Origin: Elusimicrobiota bacterium
GTDB lineage: Bacteria > Elusimicrobiota > Elusimicrobia > Elusimicrobiales > UBA9959
NCBI GenBank assembly: GCA_022013385.1
Contig: JAKLQJ010000119.1
Coordinates: forward strand, 1-36,474
DNA: 36,474 bases
Direction: 5' to 3'
In this document: one piece after another, positions 1-13,000 of the stretch
How the letters are laid out: each line of letters starts with the position of its first letter
Position numbering within the stretch: position 1 is the stretch's first letter
Position numbers and translations under genes: made by a program
The notes under the pieces: generated by a model
Told to the model about the DNA's origin: nothing
Database searches by the model: none
What the model saw: the letters and a program-made list of their open reading frames with translations, nothing else

Positions 1-1079
1 ACGGATGTGGCTAGCGGCAGAGAAGAACTTTCGGCCTTAATAGTGTGGCTTGAAGCTACTACGGGAGTAAATACAAAAACAGTCGCGCCGGATTCAAGCG
101 GTTGAGAAGAAGGATTTATATCGTATTGGTCGGTTATAATATTCACCGCCGCATAAAAATTGGCCGTAGTATCGGTGTTGTAATAAGGGTCAACCCCATA
201 AACAGTAGCGCTGAAAGTTGAACCGGCAAGCTGATCGATAGGAACGCCGATTTTACCCTTCGGTTCGCTTGTCTTGCCCTGAACCCTTGTCTCACCGGGC
301 AATAAAACCAAAAGTCTGTCAGCATCTTGCGCTATCACCGGCACATTGCTTGAAGGATTCGAAGCATTGCTATAAATCCCCTGCCCCTTGGCTCTTACAT
401 TCCAGCCTGTCGGATCGGCGGATACGAAAATCCTGTTTACTGTGGTAGAACCGACAAAGACCGCATTAGTATCAGGGCTTATGATTGAATTATTGTCGTC
501 GGTATCTGAAATATCCACGCTTGCCGCCGACGATAGCGCCAAGTTCCAATATTTATCGGTAACCCGAATTAGAAATGGAACGCTTAAACCCGCGGATTTG
601 GTTCTCGGCAAGCCCTCGCGGCCCTCGCTTCCGATAGGCTCCATTTTGCCTGGAGCCGGCATTTGGCCCGCAGGGTCAAAGTCGGCTATCACCTGCAATC
701 TGTCAGCTGTCGCCGGGTTAATAATGACGCTCGTAGTTCCGAATATACCCGGATTATCTTTATCTTCCACGCGTAAAGTTCTTATCGCCGCCTTTCTCGG
801 GCGGACAGTAAAATCATGTTTTCCAAGCCAAGCCGGCTGAAATTGCTGTTGCTTGGGCAAACCGTGTATTTCATCCGTTATATCATCATTATCCATATAT
901 TCAGGACCGCCGGGCGCGCCGTCTATATAGAAATTGAGCGTTCCGTTATAAGCGGAAGCGGTATTGCCTGAGCCGGCAATTCCATCCTTCGCCTCAACCG
1001 TCAGAGTTATATCAGACCCCGCCTCGGCAGGATTAACAGACACACTCAAAGCAAAACTCTGAGCGGGCGCCGCAATATA
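1..1079 (-). other. Start of a third domain type (about 3 Ig-like units), truncated by the window edge
   Basis: Unit 1: AQSFALSVSVNPAEAGSDITLTVEAKD..GN..YNGTLNF. Unit 2: ADRLQVIA..PGK..GLPRTKSAGLSVPFLIRVTDKYWN. Unit 3: ADRLLVLLPGE..GKIGVPIDQLAGSTFSATVYGVDPYYN. These lack the YWxG hairpin and the DxAGN motif. Confidence 0.6.
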
Positions 1080-4000
1080 AAATTTCGGGCCCTGAGTTAT
1101 TATGGTTTGCTGCGTTCCGGCATTATCGGTTGCCTTAATCCACGAAGCATAGCGGTCTCCTCTAACCCAGCATGGAATATTAGTCGGATTAGGATCGGGA
1201 CATATCAGACTGTCATACTGCCAATTACCTAAGGAATCGGTAAAGACGGCCGAATCCCATACGGCGCCTTCGCTTGCCGCGGTCCAAGTTGAACCGTTCC
1301 AGAAATATCCGGTATCATCCCATCCGCCATAAGGTATCGGGCCCGCGGGGGCAAGATACGGCTCAGTATCTCTGAACACAAGGATATTAACACCGCCTTT
1401 GTGCCAGCCGAGACTGGGATAAACGCCTGAACCCGCGCCGTTTATGCCGGTGGTAAATCCAGGATCGGAAGAATTTCCTGAAAGCATTTTGTTATCATTG
1501 TAAATCACATCGTTTACGGGATTTAGTATTGAAGACTTAGGCTCGGTTATGTCAAACAAAAATCTGGACTTGCCGACCGCAAGCTGGACATTGCCTATGG
1601 AATCTGTCGCCGATGACTTTACAATATAATGATATGCGCTCGTAAACTCCAACAGACCGTTCGTATATGTCCACGACGAAGGATAAAGACTTAAAATAGG
1701 CAACCAAACCTCTGTGTCTGAAGTAAATTCAGAGCCTGTAAAGTATTTTGGGCCGCCGATTTCATTTTCGCTTAATATGGAAATGAAGACGCTGTCAACA
1801 GTGGTTACGCCGTCCACCGAAGTGCCGCTTAACACTGCGAGAGAATTATAAGCCGTATCGGGGCCCGGCCTGTCAGGACCGGACATAGGCGGTTCATTAT
1901 CAAATATGAATGTTCTGGTTGAATAGTTAATTTCGTCATTCGCGGTGGAATCTCTGGCTTTTGAGGCTATATAAAATTTCTTACCGTTAACTCCGTCATG
2001 AGTTGCCTGTTTCCACACATAAATTAATTGGCTCGGATCGTCAAAATCAGAATGACTGAAATCCCATGAAAGAATGGTTGCCTTTGGGCCGCCGCCTAAT
2101 AAAGTCGGCCAATCAGGATCGTTAATAATCCAATGCTTCCCGCCTATAGTGTCCGGCGTCCAATAATATGTCGTTCCCGCGCTTATATACCACATTTTTA
2201 TTCTTACCTCATCCAGCGGCGAACCATAATCAAGCGCCGTCCCTGTGATATTCGTCATTGAAGAATACAATATATCGTCGGAAGGCGGATATAATATGGC
2301 CGAGCCCGGAGGAGTTTTATCAAAGCTGAATGTGGAACTTGTGATACTATAATTGCCGGCTCTATCCTTGGTCTTTATCTCTATCCTGAGCTCATGGTCT
2401 CTATCAGGCCATGAGACCAATGATGAATCATATGCCCAACCAAATTCTCCGCTCTGAGAAGAGGAACTGTTTACGATATTCCATGTCGAGGAATCAATCC
2501 AACCGGAACTCTCGCTCCAATATTTGGTCAATGGCACATCAAAAATTCTGATTTGCGGGTAGTTTACATTAAAAGCGTCGTTCGCGGTTCCGGATATGGA
2601 AAGCAATGAATTATATCTGCTGGCATCTTCGGGCTGACTGATAAAAGCGGTGGGAGAAGAAACATCAAACCTGAATGAGCTTCCGCCGGTAACGGTTTCG
2701 GTATTGCCGGCGATATCATAAGCCCTCGTTCTAATTGTGTATAAACCCCCGTCAGTCAATCCAGTGCTATTGTCTGAAGGCGGCAATTGCGTATTCTTCG
2801 TCCAGTTCGCTCCGCTCGCCGCGGCAAGCCATGTCTCCGACACCACCCAAATGGCGCCGTTCCAAAAAACGGTTCCTGAACTTATGGTTATCTGAGCGCC
2901 TGAAGCGCCTGAAGGGTTGGTATTTTGATCCTGCGCTGTGCCTGTTATTGAAACTATGTTATTGAAAAATGACCCGTCGGCAGGGCTCACTACGCCGGAT
3001 AAAGGAGGCGTGGTATCATATCTAATGGTGGTGGCGGTGGGCGGCGTCATTACATTACCCGCGATATCGTCGGCAATGACCTGAATATTGTAACTGATAT
3101 TATCCTGCAGGGGCGGAGCCGATGCTGTCCATGTATAATTTGGACCGGAGCCTGAAATACCGGCCGTTATCCATTTCTGAGTAATTGAGTTGAAAGTGGC
3201 AAAACCGACATCGTAATAAAGCGATGAACCGACTTCCTGAAAAGAGATTGAGGCTGATTTTATTTTAAAATTTTCATATGCCGTTCCGCTTACGGAAGCA
3301 AGAGTTTTAAGATTGCCTTGGCTGCTCGGCAATCCCACAGGAAATGTTATGGCGGCTCCGGGAGCGAATGTGTCATAAGTAAATGTGACGGAAGAAATCT
3401 CCGTCTCTTCATTCGGCGGTAAAACATCGTCCTTGGCCCTTACCTTAATTCTGTACAGATATCCGTTTGAAAAAGCGGGCGCGTCCATATTCCAGTTCAG
3501 ACCGTCATAAGAGCCGTTCAGAGACGCTCCGCTTAATGGATAAAATGTCTCGCTTGTCGCGGTAAATGTGCCGGGCACAATGCCTGTCCAATAAGCATTG
3601 CCCGGGGACACTTCCTGTATGCTTATTTCTATTTGGCCCATTGATGAAATGCCTGCTAAATTATCCAAAGCGGCGCCTGATATTGAGGCCAAAGTTTTTA
3701 ATACGGCTCCGTCAAGCGGCGCCGTTACTCTTGATTCGGGAGGCGTTATGTCATAAAGGATATTTGTCTTTGCCACGACATTGTCAAACACATTGGAAGG
3801 ATTGGCAACGGGAATAGCATTGTCCTGAGCTCTAGCTTTTATGGCATAAATTTTATCCTGAACCATAGCGCCCTGAAATCCCGCCTGAGTATAAATCCAT
3901 GTTCCTGATGAGGGGCCCTGCACAGCCCAGTTGGTAGCCGACCACCATGAATTCGTGTTATCAAGAGTGGTTGAAGAAAATTGAGCCGCATTGTCATAAT

Positions 4001-7000
4001 AATATGTGTTTCCGCCGTCAAGATACGAGATTTGAATCTGAATATTATTCATTGACGCCATTCCGGAATTAGTATCCCAATTAGGATCATTCGCCGTTCC
4101 CGAAACCGAGACTAAATCGGATATTTTGGCGCCTGAAGCTATTGAATTTATATCTATGAGCGGCGCGGACTTATCAATCGTAAATGTAACCGATGAACCA
4201 TTGCCCGTGAATATTGTTTGAGTATTGCCGGCCTTATCGATCGCTTCAACCCACATCGTGTAAATGCCTTTATCCGCCCAAGATGGTATTGCCGCGATGG
4301 ACCATGAAGACTGGTGAACAGACGAATTTGTGGAAACTAAAGAACTTGGATTCCAGCTTGAACCTGTCCAGTATTGGCTGGAGATATTATCTTTTATATG
4401 CAGTTTAACGGTGTCTATCTGCATGCCCGGAAGTTGCGCCTCATTGGCTATGACCATGGTTTCATGTAAAGCGCCCGAAGCAATTTGCACATTGGAACGC
4501 GCCTCGTCGGCATATACGCAAGCAACCGCGGCTGTGGGAATGGAAATATCATAACTAAACACCTTGCCCGTTGAGAGTTCCGATTGATTGCCTTCCAAAG
4601 CGGTATTATTGTAAGTTAGATCCGAAGCTTTGGCCTTAACTTCGTATTGAACACCGTTTATAAAAGCGGACGTGGGATAACTTACGGCATATTCCCATGA
4701 AGAACCTGCCACATAGTAAACGGATTCATTTGCGCTTTGACTCCAAGAAACGGTAAAAGTGCTGGAAGCATTATCCCAATACTTGCCGGCATAATCTCCG
4801 TTATTGGCCTTGATTTGAGTCCAAACCTTGTAAATGCCGGCCGCAGGCGGACTTGTCCCCGGCAGGTCAATGACCGCGCCGCCTAAAATATCAAGAGAAT
4901 TATAGTAGGGATTTAATGCGCCGGGAATATTTACGACTGTATTAGGCGCCGCCGTATCAAAGAAAAACTGAATCATTAAAGGAACAGATTCATCCACATT
5001 GGAAAAATTCGTTCCTATTGATCGCATTGTATATGACGAAGAGTCTATAAACTCGGGCAGGTTTACATCATATGTCCAATTACCGCCCGAAGGCATTATG
5101 GAGCCGGTGGAAACCGCAACCGATTGCCAAACCGAAGCATCAAAATTCCAATAATAATCATCCGAAAGCCTTATTATTTCAAGCGCCAGTTTTTGAGTAT
5201 CGTCATTTGCGGTGCCGTTGACAACTGTCAACTCTTTGTAATACTTCAAATTCAGCGGCATTGTAATTCCGGTTTCGGACGGAGGCGGAGTAAACTTAAA
5301 TCTCCTAGAGCCGAAAGATGACTCGCCGTTAGAAGCATTATCAACAGCGCTGGATTTGGCGATATAGAAGCATTGCGGTTTAAAGGTAATTGCGGAACTG
5401 TTAAAACTCCACGCATTAGTTCCCCAATTATAGGAGTTAACGCCATGCCACTTCTCAGGAATTTGCCACGAAATTCCGTTCCAATAATAACCATTATTAC
5501 CCGTGTTCGTGCAATCGATGTCTTGAACGGTATCCTGCCTGATTCTTATCTGAACCGTTGATATGTCGGCCGTAAAATCATCGGCCGTGCCCGAGACGGA
5601 AGCAATAGTCAATACGCCGTCGCCTTCAATAGCTGGAACGGTAATAGCGGAATTCGGTTCAACCAAATCAAGAGTGAAAGTTGATTGGTTTAAGTTAAAA
5701 TCGGAATAGTTCCCGGCCTTATCAAAGACTTTGGCTTTCAGAACAAATGTGGCGCTTGTTCTGCCAATAGCCCAAGAATCGGCCAAAATCGGATTATTTG
5801 AAGGCAATGCCGAAACAGACCAATCGGAAGATGCCGCTATTGTCGTGCTGACAAAAGCGCCCTGCCAAGTCAAAGAGTTGAAATTCCAGTATTTTTGAGG
5901 CTGGAAATCGGTATCCGTCAAAAGAAACTCAATCTCGTCAAGTTCGCTATTTATTCCTCCGCCGACAATAGGGTCATCGGCAATACCTGAAACGAGAGAT
6001 TTGGCATTAAAGAAACTCTGGTGAACGGGACTAACTATTGAAGCAGTCGGGGTTGAATAATCCAGTATAAAAACAGCCGTGGAATAAATTATTTCTGTAT
6101 TAGGGCCGCCGTTTACCGGCTGAGTATTGTCGCGAGCATATGATTGCACTTCAAATTTGAATCCGTTTCCTTTATCGGCGCCGCTATAACAGTCTCCGGG
6201 ATTTGCTCCTCTGAAAGCCGTCGGTTCTATATTTTTGGTCCATTCGGACAGCGAACCCCCGTCCTGCTGATTCCAACCGTCGGAGAGAGTGGTTAACCAC
6301 TGGTTTAAAAGCGCGTCATAATCGCAACGAGCGCTTCCAATGTCAAACCTCCTTATCCTGACAAAGACATTATTTAAACCCGACGGAATACCGGCCTCAA
6401 CTTCGGCCGCGGTGCCCGCTATAATGCTTATCGGATGATTCAAATAGACTGCGGGGCCATTGCCCAAAGCGGGAGATGTGCTAACCGATACGGGAGCAAA
6501 CCTGTCCATCGTAAAGAGATTTTCGCCCGAAGAAGGAGCAGGATTATCCGGCCTTGAAATATTCTGGGCGAGATCTTTGCCTCTAACATAGATTTTGAAC
6601 TTAAGAGCCCCGCCAAGCGTATTGAAATAGTTTGCAAGGCTTGGACTAATGTATGTCCAAGATGATGAATAAACATTGCTGGCGTTTATCCAATGAGAGG
6701 AAGGATTATAATCACCCACCAAATCCCAAGTTGCGCCGTTCCAATAGGCTCCGTCGCCGTTTCTTTGAATTAGAACTTGGATTCCATCGCCCGGATTTAT
6801 GCCGGAATAAGGTTCCAAAAAAGTTCCTTCAATTTGTGGAAGAGCCGTATAAGCGAAATTATCGCCCGGAAGAGTTACATCAACGCTTGGAGCGGAATTG
6901 TCATAACAAAACTGCTTCTCAATATAGACTTCGGTATTTTGAGACCTGTCAATTGATCTGGCTCTCACATAATAAGTGGAGCCTTCGGTCAAAGACGGGG

Positions 7001-10000
7001 GCCAAGTATCGGGAGCTTTCGGATAAGTCCAATTGGCTCCTGAATTTATGTCAACACCGATGACAGCGTCGGTTACAATGCCCGTGAAAGTTATGTCGGC
7101 CTTTCTCCAGAAATTGCCGACGGCAAAACCCGTGCCGTTAAACGAATTTCCGCCCGAATCAAACACCTGAATTTCTATGCCGCCAGGCGCAATACCTGAA
7201 ATCGCCTCTGTTGAAGTATTGACCCAATCAATAGCTGTCCCCGAAAATGTCGCCACTTGAGAAGCCTTGCTAAAAGGCAAACTCGGAGAAAGTATCGTGG
7301 TGGAAGGCTTATTTATGTCATATATAAATTCGGAAACGACCGCATCTTGAGGAATATAATTTCCGGCATTGTCTTGTGCCCACATCTGAGCTTTGTACCG
7401 CTTATTGCCCGCTAATGAAGGTTCCGAGTATGTCCATGGATTTAGATTCGTTACGGCAAGCCATGTGGACTCAACAACCGTCCATGCCAAACCGTTCCAT
7501 TTGGGCTTAATAGCGCCCGCTTCGGAAAGGTTTGAAATCTGGATTTTTATCGGCGGAACTATTCCGCTTGGAACATCGGCCGAGTTTCCTGTTAATGTTC
7601 CAAGCGCTCTTGAAGTTCCGTAAAAAGCGTTCTCGCCGGACATGGGAGTAGACACTGTTACAGCCGGATAATTGAAATCGGATGTAACACTTATAATTGA
7701 AGGCGTTTCCTGATTTCCGGCTTCGTCAAGCCCCGCTATTGAAAAATTGTAAACCTGATTGTGAATTGAAATATCGGGCAAATTGTAACTCACGGGCGGA
7801 TATGTCCATGTCACGGTGGAAGCCGAAGCGGTAAAATCAACCGGCAAATCAATCGCGGTCGGAGAACTCCATTTAACTCCCGTCCAATACCATGTGTCGG
7901 TTCCGGAAATATAGTATGCTCTGAGTTTCAAGCCCGGCGCGCCGGATTCAAGTCCTGAAGCTCCTCCATAACTCGTTCCCGAAATTTCAGATAAAGTATT
8001 TTGAATGAACCCTCCCGCGGCGGGAGTTGAAACCCTTGAAACAGGAGGAGTTCCGTCCACTATAAAAGTGCGTGCCGCCCACGGATCTTGCTCATTTCCT
8101 CCATTTGCTCCCATAGGTTCGGCTTTGTCAAAGGCTCTCGTTTTTAATGTGTATTCTTTATCCGAAATCCAATCATCGGAACTAAAAGAGTATTTCCATG
8201 TATCCGTTCCGCTAGCGTCTTGCCATGCCGTGATATCGGTCACAGTCCACGAACTAAAATTGGAGCCTGCCCAGTAATAGGTTGTCCCGCCGTCAAGGTA
8301 ACTCAAATGGATTTGAACTTTATTAAGAAGCTCTCCGACAAAAGGCAAAGACGCATCCGAGGCGCCTCCGTTCAAAGCGTCAATGCCGGACAAACCGGTT
8401 GGTTTATATTTGACGGTATCCACCGGCTGATTGATTGAAGAATTTGGCGGAGTCGTATCCCAAATAAAAGTCATCGATGAAACCGTATCCGTAAAACCGC
8501 TTTGCGCATTGCCCGCCTTATCCCAAGCTCTTGTTTGAAGAATATAATACCTTCCGCTCGCGCCCGTTACTCCGGAATATGTCCATGTACTGGTGCCTGA
8601 AACCACATTGAATGAAGAGCTGCCTTGGTCAAAATTGGAACCGCCCCAATATTTATTATTGGCTTCGTCATAAATTTGAATCTCCACCTTATTCAAATCG
8701 GATTTATAATTCGGAGCGTAAAAGCCTGCCTCGTCTAATGCCGTTCCTTCAATAAGCGCCAATGATCTTAAGACCTTCATGTTCGCGGGATAAGAAATAT
8801 AGGTTTTGGGAGTTCTGGTATCAAAAAGAACCTCATAATTTGTCATTTGGCCTTCATCGGTTTGCTTGTTTTGCGCTTTGTCTTTCGGAATAAAGTAAAC
8901 TCCGTATTTCTTCCCGTCTTTTAAGCCGGAATTCACCAAGGTGGCCGTTGACCAGTTTACAATCGTGGCGGCCGCATATTCCGCTTCTATGTACGATTCG
9001 GCTCCCGAAACTGTAAAACTGGAACCGCTCCAATAAGTTCCGGCATCAATGTCCTTGATTCTCACATAAATATTCGCGCCTCCCGCTTTATTGAGCGATG
9101 GTTGCGTAATATTTCCGGGATCGGTGGCGGTGCCGGATACAGCCGGCATGGAATTTATGTAATAAGTGCCGGGCGCCAATATCTCTCCAACGGGAATAGT
9201 ATTGTCTATAACGATTCTTCTTTGAGTGGACGGACTTTGAGCTTCATTGGACGAGTTATAACCTATCGTAGTTACCGTATATGAAGCATTATCAACCGTA
9301 AAAGCCGCGTTTCCGTTTATGCCTAGCGCCCAAGAACCGGCTGTCGCGCTCGTGAATGTATATGTATCGGAATCAACCCAATGCAAAGAGGGCTCATACC
9401 ACCAGCTTGCGGGCTCTTTCAATCTCTTTATGTGTATTTTAACGCTATCAACCGCTCTCAAATTGGAACCTACGCCTGATATGGTTAAAACATCGCCTGC
9501 TCTATAATTTTTATCGTCCGGGCCGGCCGGGTTGCTTATTGTGGTATTCGCTTGAGGAGTTTGCAGATAAAACGAAATATCGGGACTTTCCAAACCCGGA
9601 GTCAGCGCCTTATTGCCGGCTTTATCAACGGCGAGAGCCTGAATATCGTATTGACTATCGTTTATCCAACTTATAGCCGATGTGTTAAAATTCCAATTGC
9701 CGGGTTGGCCTTTAACATTATCCACGGTGGCTGTCGCAATCCATAGTCTGTCATCGGGATAAACGCCGCCGGGGCAAGATATGAAATCGCTTCCATCGTA
9801 GCATTGTGGAAATCCAAGTCCGGAAATTTGCTTGATTGATATTTCAACCACTCCGCTGTCTTTCAATTCGCCGGGCAAAGTATCTTGAGCGGTTCCCGAT
9901 ACTAAATTCACGAATTCGACAGTTCCGGTTGGAAAGGTGGCTTTTGAAGTCGGCTTGGTAGTGTCGCCTGTGAAGTAATTGGTCGTATATTGAGTTTGAA

Positions 10001-13000
10001 TATTTGAGACAATGTCTCTTACTCTGCTCATAGCGTGATAAGTGGTTCCGTCGGCAATAGCTCCAAGCGGCAGATTATATGTCCAAGTTCCCGACGACAT
10101 CCCGACAAAATCCGCTTTTTTCCATTCTCTTATCGCGCTATTAAATCCTAAGCCGTCCCACCATTTTTCATCCGCAAGCCTTTCTATGGCAACTTCAACC
10201 GCCGTCTCGCTTTCACTTATGCCGGATTCAAAATTCCTAGGACTTGACCAACCATTGATATTTTCAACGCTATCATCGGCCGTTCCGGTTATAGCCGGAA
10301 CCGAACCTATGAAACTGTTGTTTACCGGGAAATCGATTTTTGAAGTGGGGGTGGTCATATCCACTATAAAAGTGAATGTCGAAAAATAAGCCCCGTCGCT
10401 ATTGTTCAAGGCATTATCTCTGGCATAACTGTAAAAATTATACTGATAACCGTCATTAAGAGCCGACTCATTAAAACTTTTTTCCCAAGGGTTTGTTCCG
10501 TTAGTATTATAATCGTCTCCGGCCGCTCCGAACCAATCGTCATTGGTAAAACGCCAATAAGCTCCGTCAGAGCGCTTTAATTTTATCCTTACCGCGCTCA
10601 CTCCGCTGGGCTGAGGACTGCCGTCATAAGAGGTTCCTCTCACAAGGCCGGTTGAATTTGCCAAAACAAAAGATTCTGGAACCGTAATGCCCGTTACGGG
10701 GTCGGACTTGTCAAAAGAGAAATAATGAGCCGGTAAAGCGTCGGCATTTAAATTGTTGTCTATTTGAGCGTTTGAAGGAGTCGGACTCCAATTTCCGGCT
10801 TTATCAATGGCTCTTGCCCAAACATAAAGCCTGTTATTGTTCACATAGTCAATATTCGGCAGAGGGATATTCCACTCTCCGTTTGAATAAGTCGCCGTGC
10901 TCCAATGAGTGTATAAATCGCTGTCGTCCCAATCGGTTGAGTCTCCGTTATATGTTCCTTTCCAGACACTGCTAAAAGCATCCGCTTTAATCATGAGTTG
11001 CACAGTAGTAACAACGCCTGTATCGGTTGTGATGCCGTAAAGCGCTGGGATATCATTTTTGTATGAATTATTCGCCGGCGCGGTAGTAATGGCCACGGGA
11101 ATAGCATTATCAAAGTTTATGGTTCTACCCACGCTTGCCGGTATATCCGCATTATCCGGCTGTCCGGTATTCGGGCCGAATTCCCTGTTTTGGGCCAAAT
11201 CGTATGCCCATGTCACTATCCGATACTGATAATTCTGACGGCTCGGGTCCGTCATATTGGTTTGAATCGCGGCCGATAAACCATAAGAAAATTCATTCGG
11301 TGAAGTCACTGTTGAATTATTGGCTTCATACCACTTTGGAGAGCCGGAACTAAAGTCCGAAGTTCCTTCGTCCCACCAGCCCGCGGAACCGCTTAAACGC
11401 CTGATAGCGACTTTAACAGTATAAGTGCCAAGTCCCGCTTCATAACTTAGAGCGCCGTCAGTATCATCCGAAGCCGTGCCGCTTATTTGGGTTAAAGAGT
11501 TTACATATTCCCCGTTCGGAGCCGTTATGGTGGATGTAGGCTTTTCTATATCATATTTCACGATTACACCGGAAATGGAAGAATTGTTTTTCGCAAAATC
11601 CGCAGATTTCGCCTCGAATTTATATCTGCTGTCATTTATGAACGCGATATCATTGTCATTAAATGTCCAATCGGCAACAGTGCCGCCGTTTATGGGCAGC
11701 CATATCGGAGCGACGCAAGCGATAAAAGAGCTTCCGTCAAAACAATTAGTATAATTCTCGTCGCCATCAACCTTGCTTACGGCAATTGTAACGGTGCTCA
11801 CTCCCGTATTTGGAGAACTCTGATTGCTTGCGGAAGTTCCCAGAACAGGAGTTGAAATAAATATTTGCGAATAAGTTTTGCCGTTTTTGGGAAAGTTCAA
11901 TGCAACCGAAGGCTCCGTAATGTCATAAGTAAAGGCATAAGTGGAGTAAAGAATTGAATAATTGCCCGCATAATCCAGCGTTTTGGCGCTTACAGTATAA
12001 ATCGTGTCATCTTCAAGCATAGCGCCTTCAACCGCATAATACCATGAGGTTGAACCGAGTTTATCAGTTTTATTCCATGTTTCGGCGGCCGTCACCCATT
12101 CGTTTGTGTCTCCTTCCCAATATTTTTTCACCGCCGTTCCGGTGGATATCCTTATCCGTGCCGAATTAAAACCGGCAATATCTCCGTTCGCATCGCCGTA
12201 TATTGTCGGTATTGAATTATGAGCCACAGAAGTCGGAGATGTTATTTCAACCGAAGGCGGACTATCGTCCACTATGAATTTATGAGTAACAAAAGGAGCT
12301 GTTTCCCAATTACCTTCGCTTAAAGGATTATCCGCCGTGCGGGATTTGTCCATAAACTTAGTTTCAAGTTTATATTCCCTGTCCCCGTCCCATAACATAT
12401 CAGGCAAATACACCCAATCCCAATTTGGTTCATTTTCGGTTATATTTACTCCTTGCCATGCCGTTATTTCCGTAACCGTGTATGAGCTAAAATTCGAACC
12501 CGTCCAATAGTAAGTGTCTCCGGTCTCCAAATACGAAACTCTTATTTTTCCGCTTTCAACTCCCGCATTGTTTTGAGTGTAAAAACTATCAGAAACGCTT
12601 CCTTTTAACCTGGAACTCGTTGCGCTTTTTCCTACATTAGAGCTTTGATACCGTCCGCTTAAACCGTCGGAGTTATCAAGAGGAAAAGTAATTGAAGAAG
12701 TGGGCGCTTTTCTGTCAATGTTAACGATAATGGAGGAAATATCAATATTGAAATTCTGCTGGGCATTTCCGGCAATATCCTCAGCTTTTGAAAGCAATAA
12801 ATATTTAAGCCCCGAACTTCCTGGAGTAAATTTACTGTCCAAACCAGAAGGAGCATAAATCCAGCTTGTGGCGTCCGGCGACAAATAGCCGTTACTATTC
12901 ACGGATATCCAGTAAGTGGCGCTTTGAGTAAGTTGAAAACTTGAACCGTCAAACCACAAAGGAGGAGCGTCCAGTTGTCTTATGGCTACTTTAACCTCAT

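Noticed and set aside
2897-2914. 9-bp tandem duplication GCGCCTGAA x2 (encodes SGASGA)
   Set aside because: It is a trivial in-frame loop duplication with no further structure.
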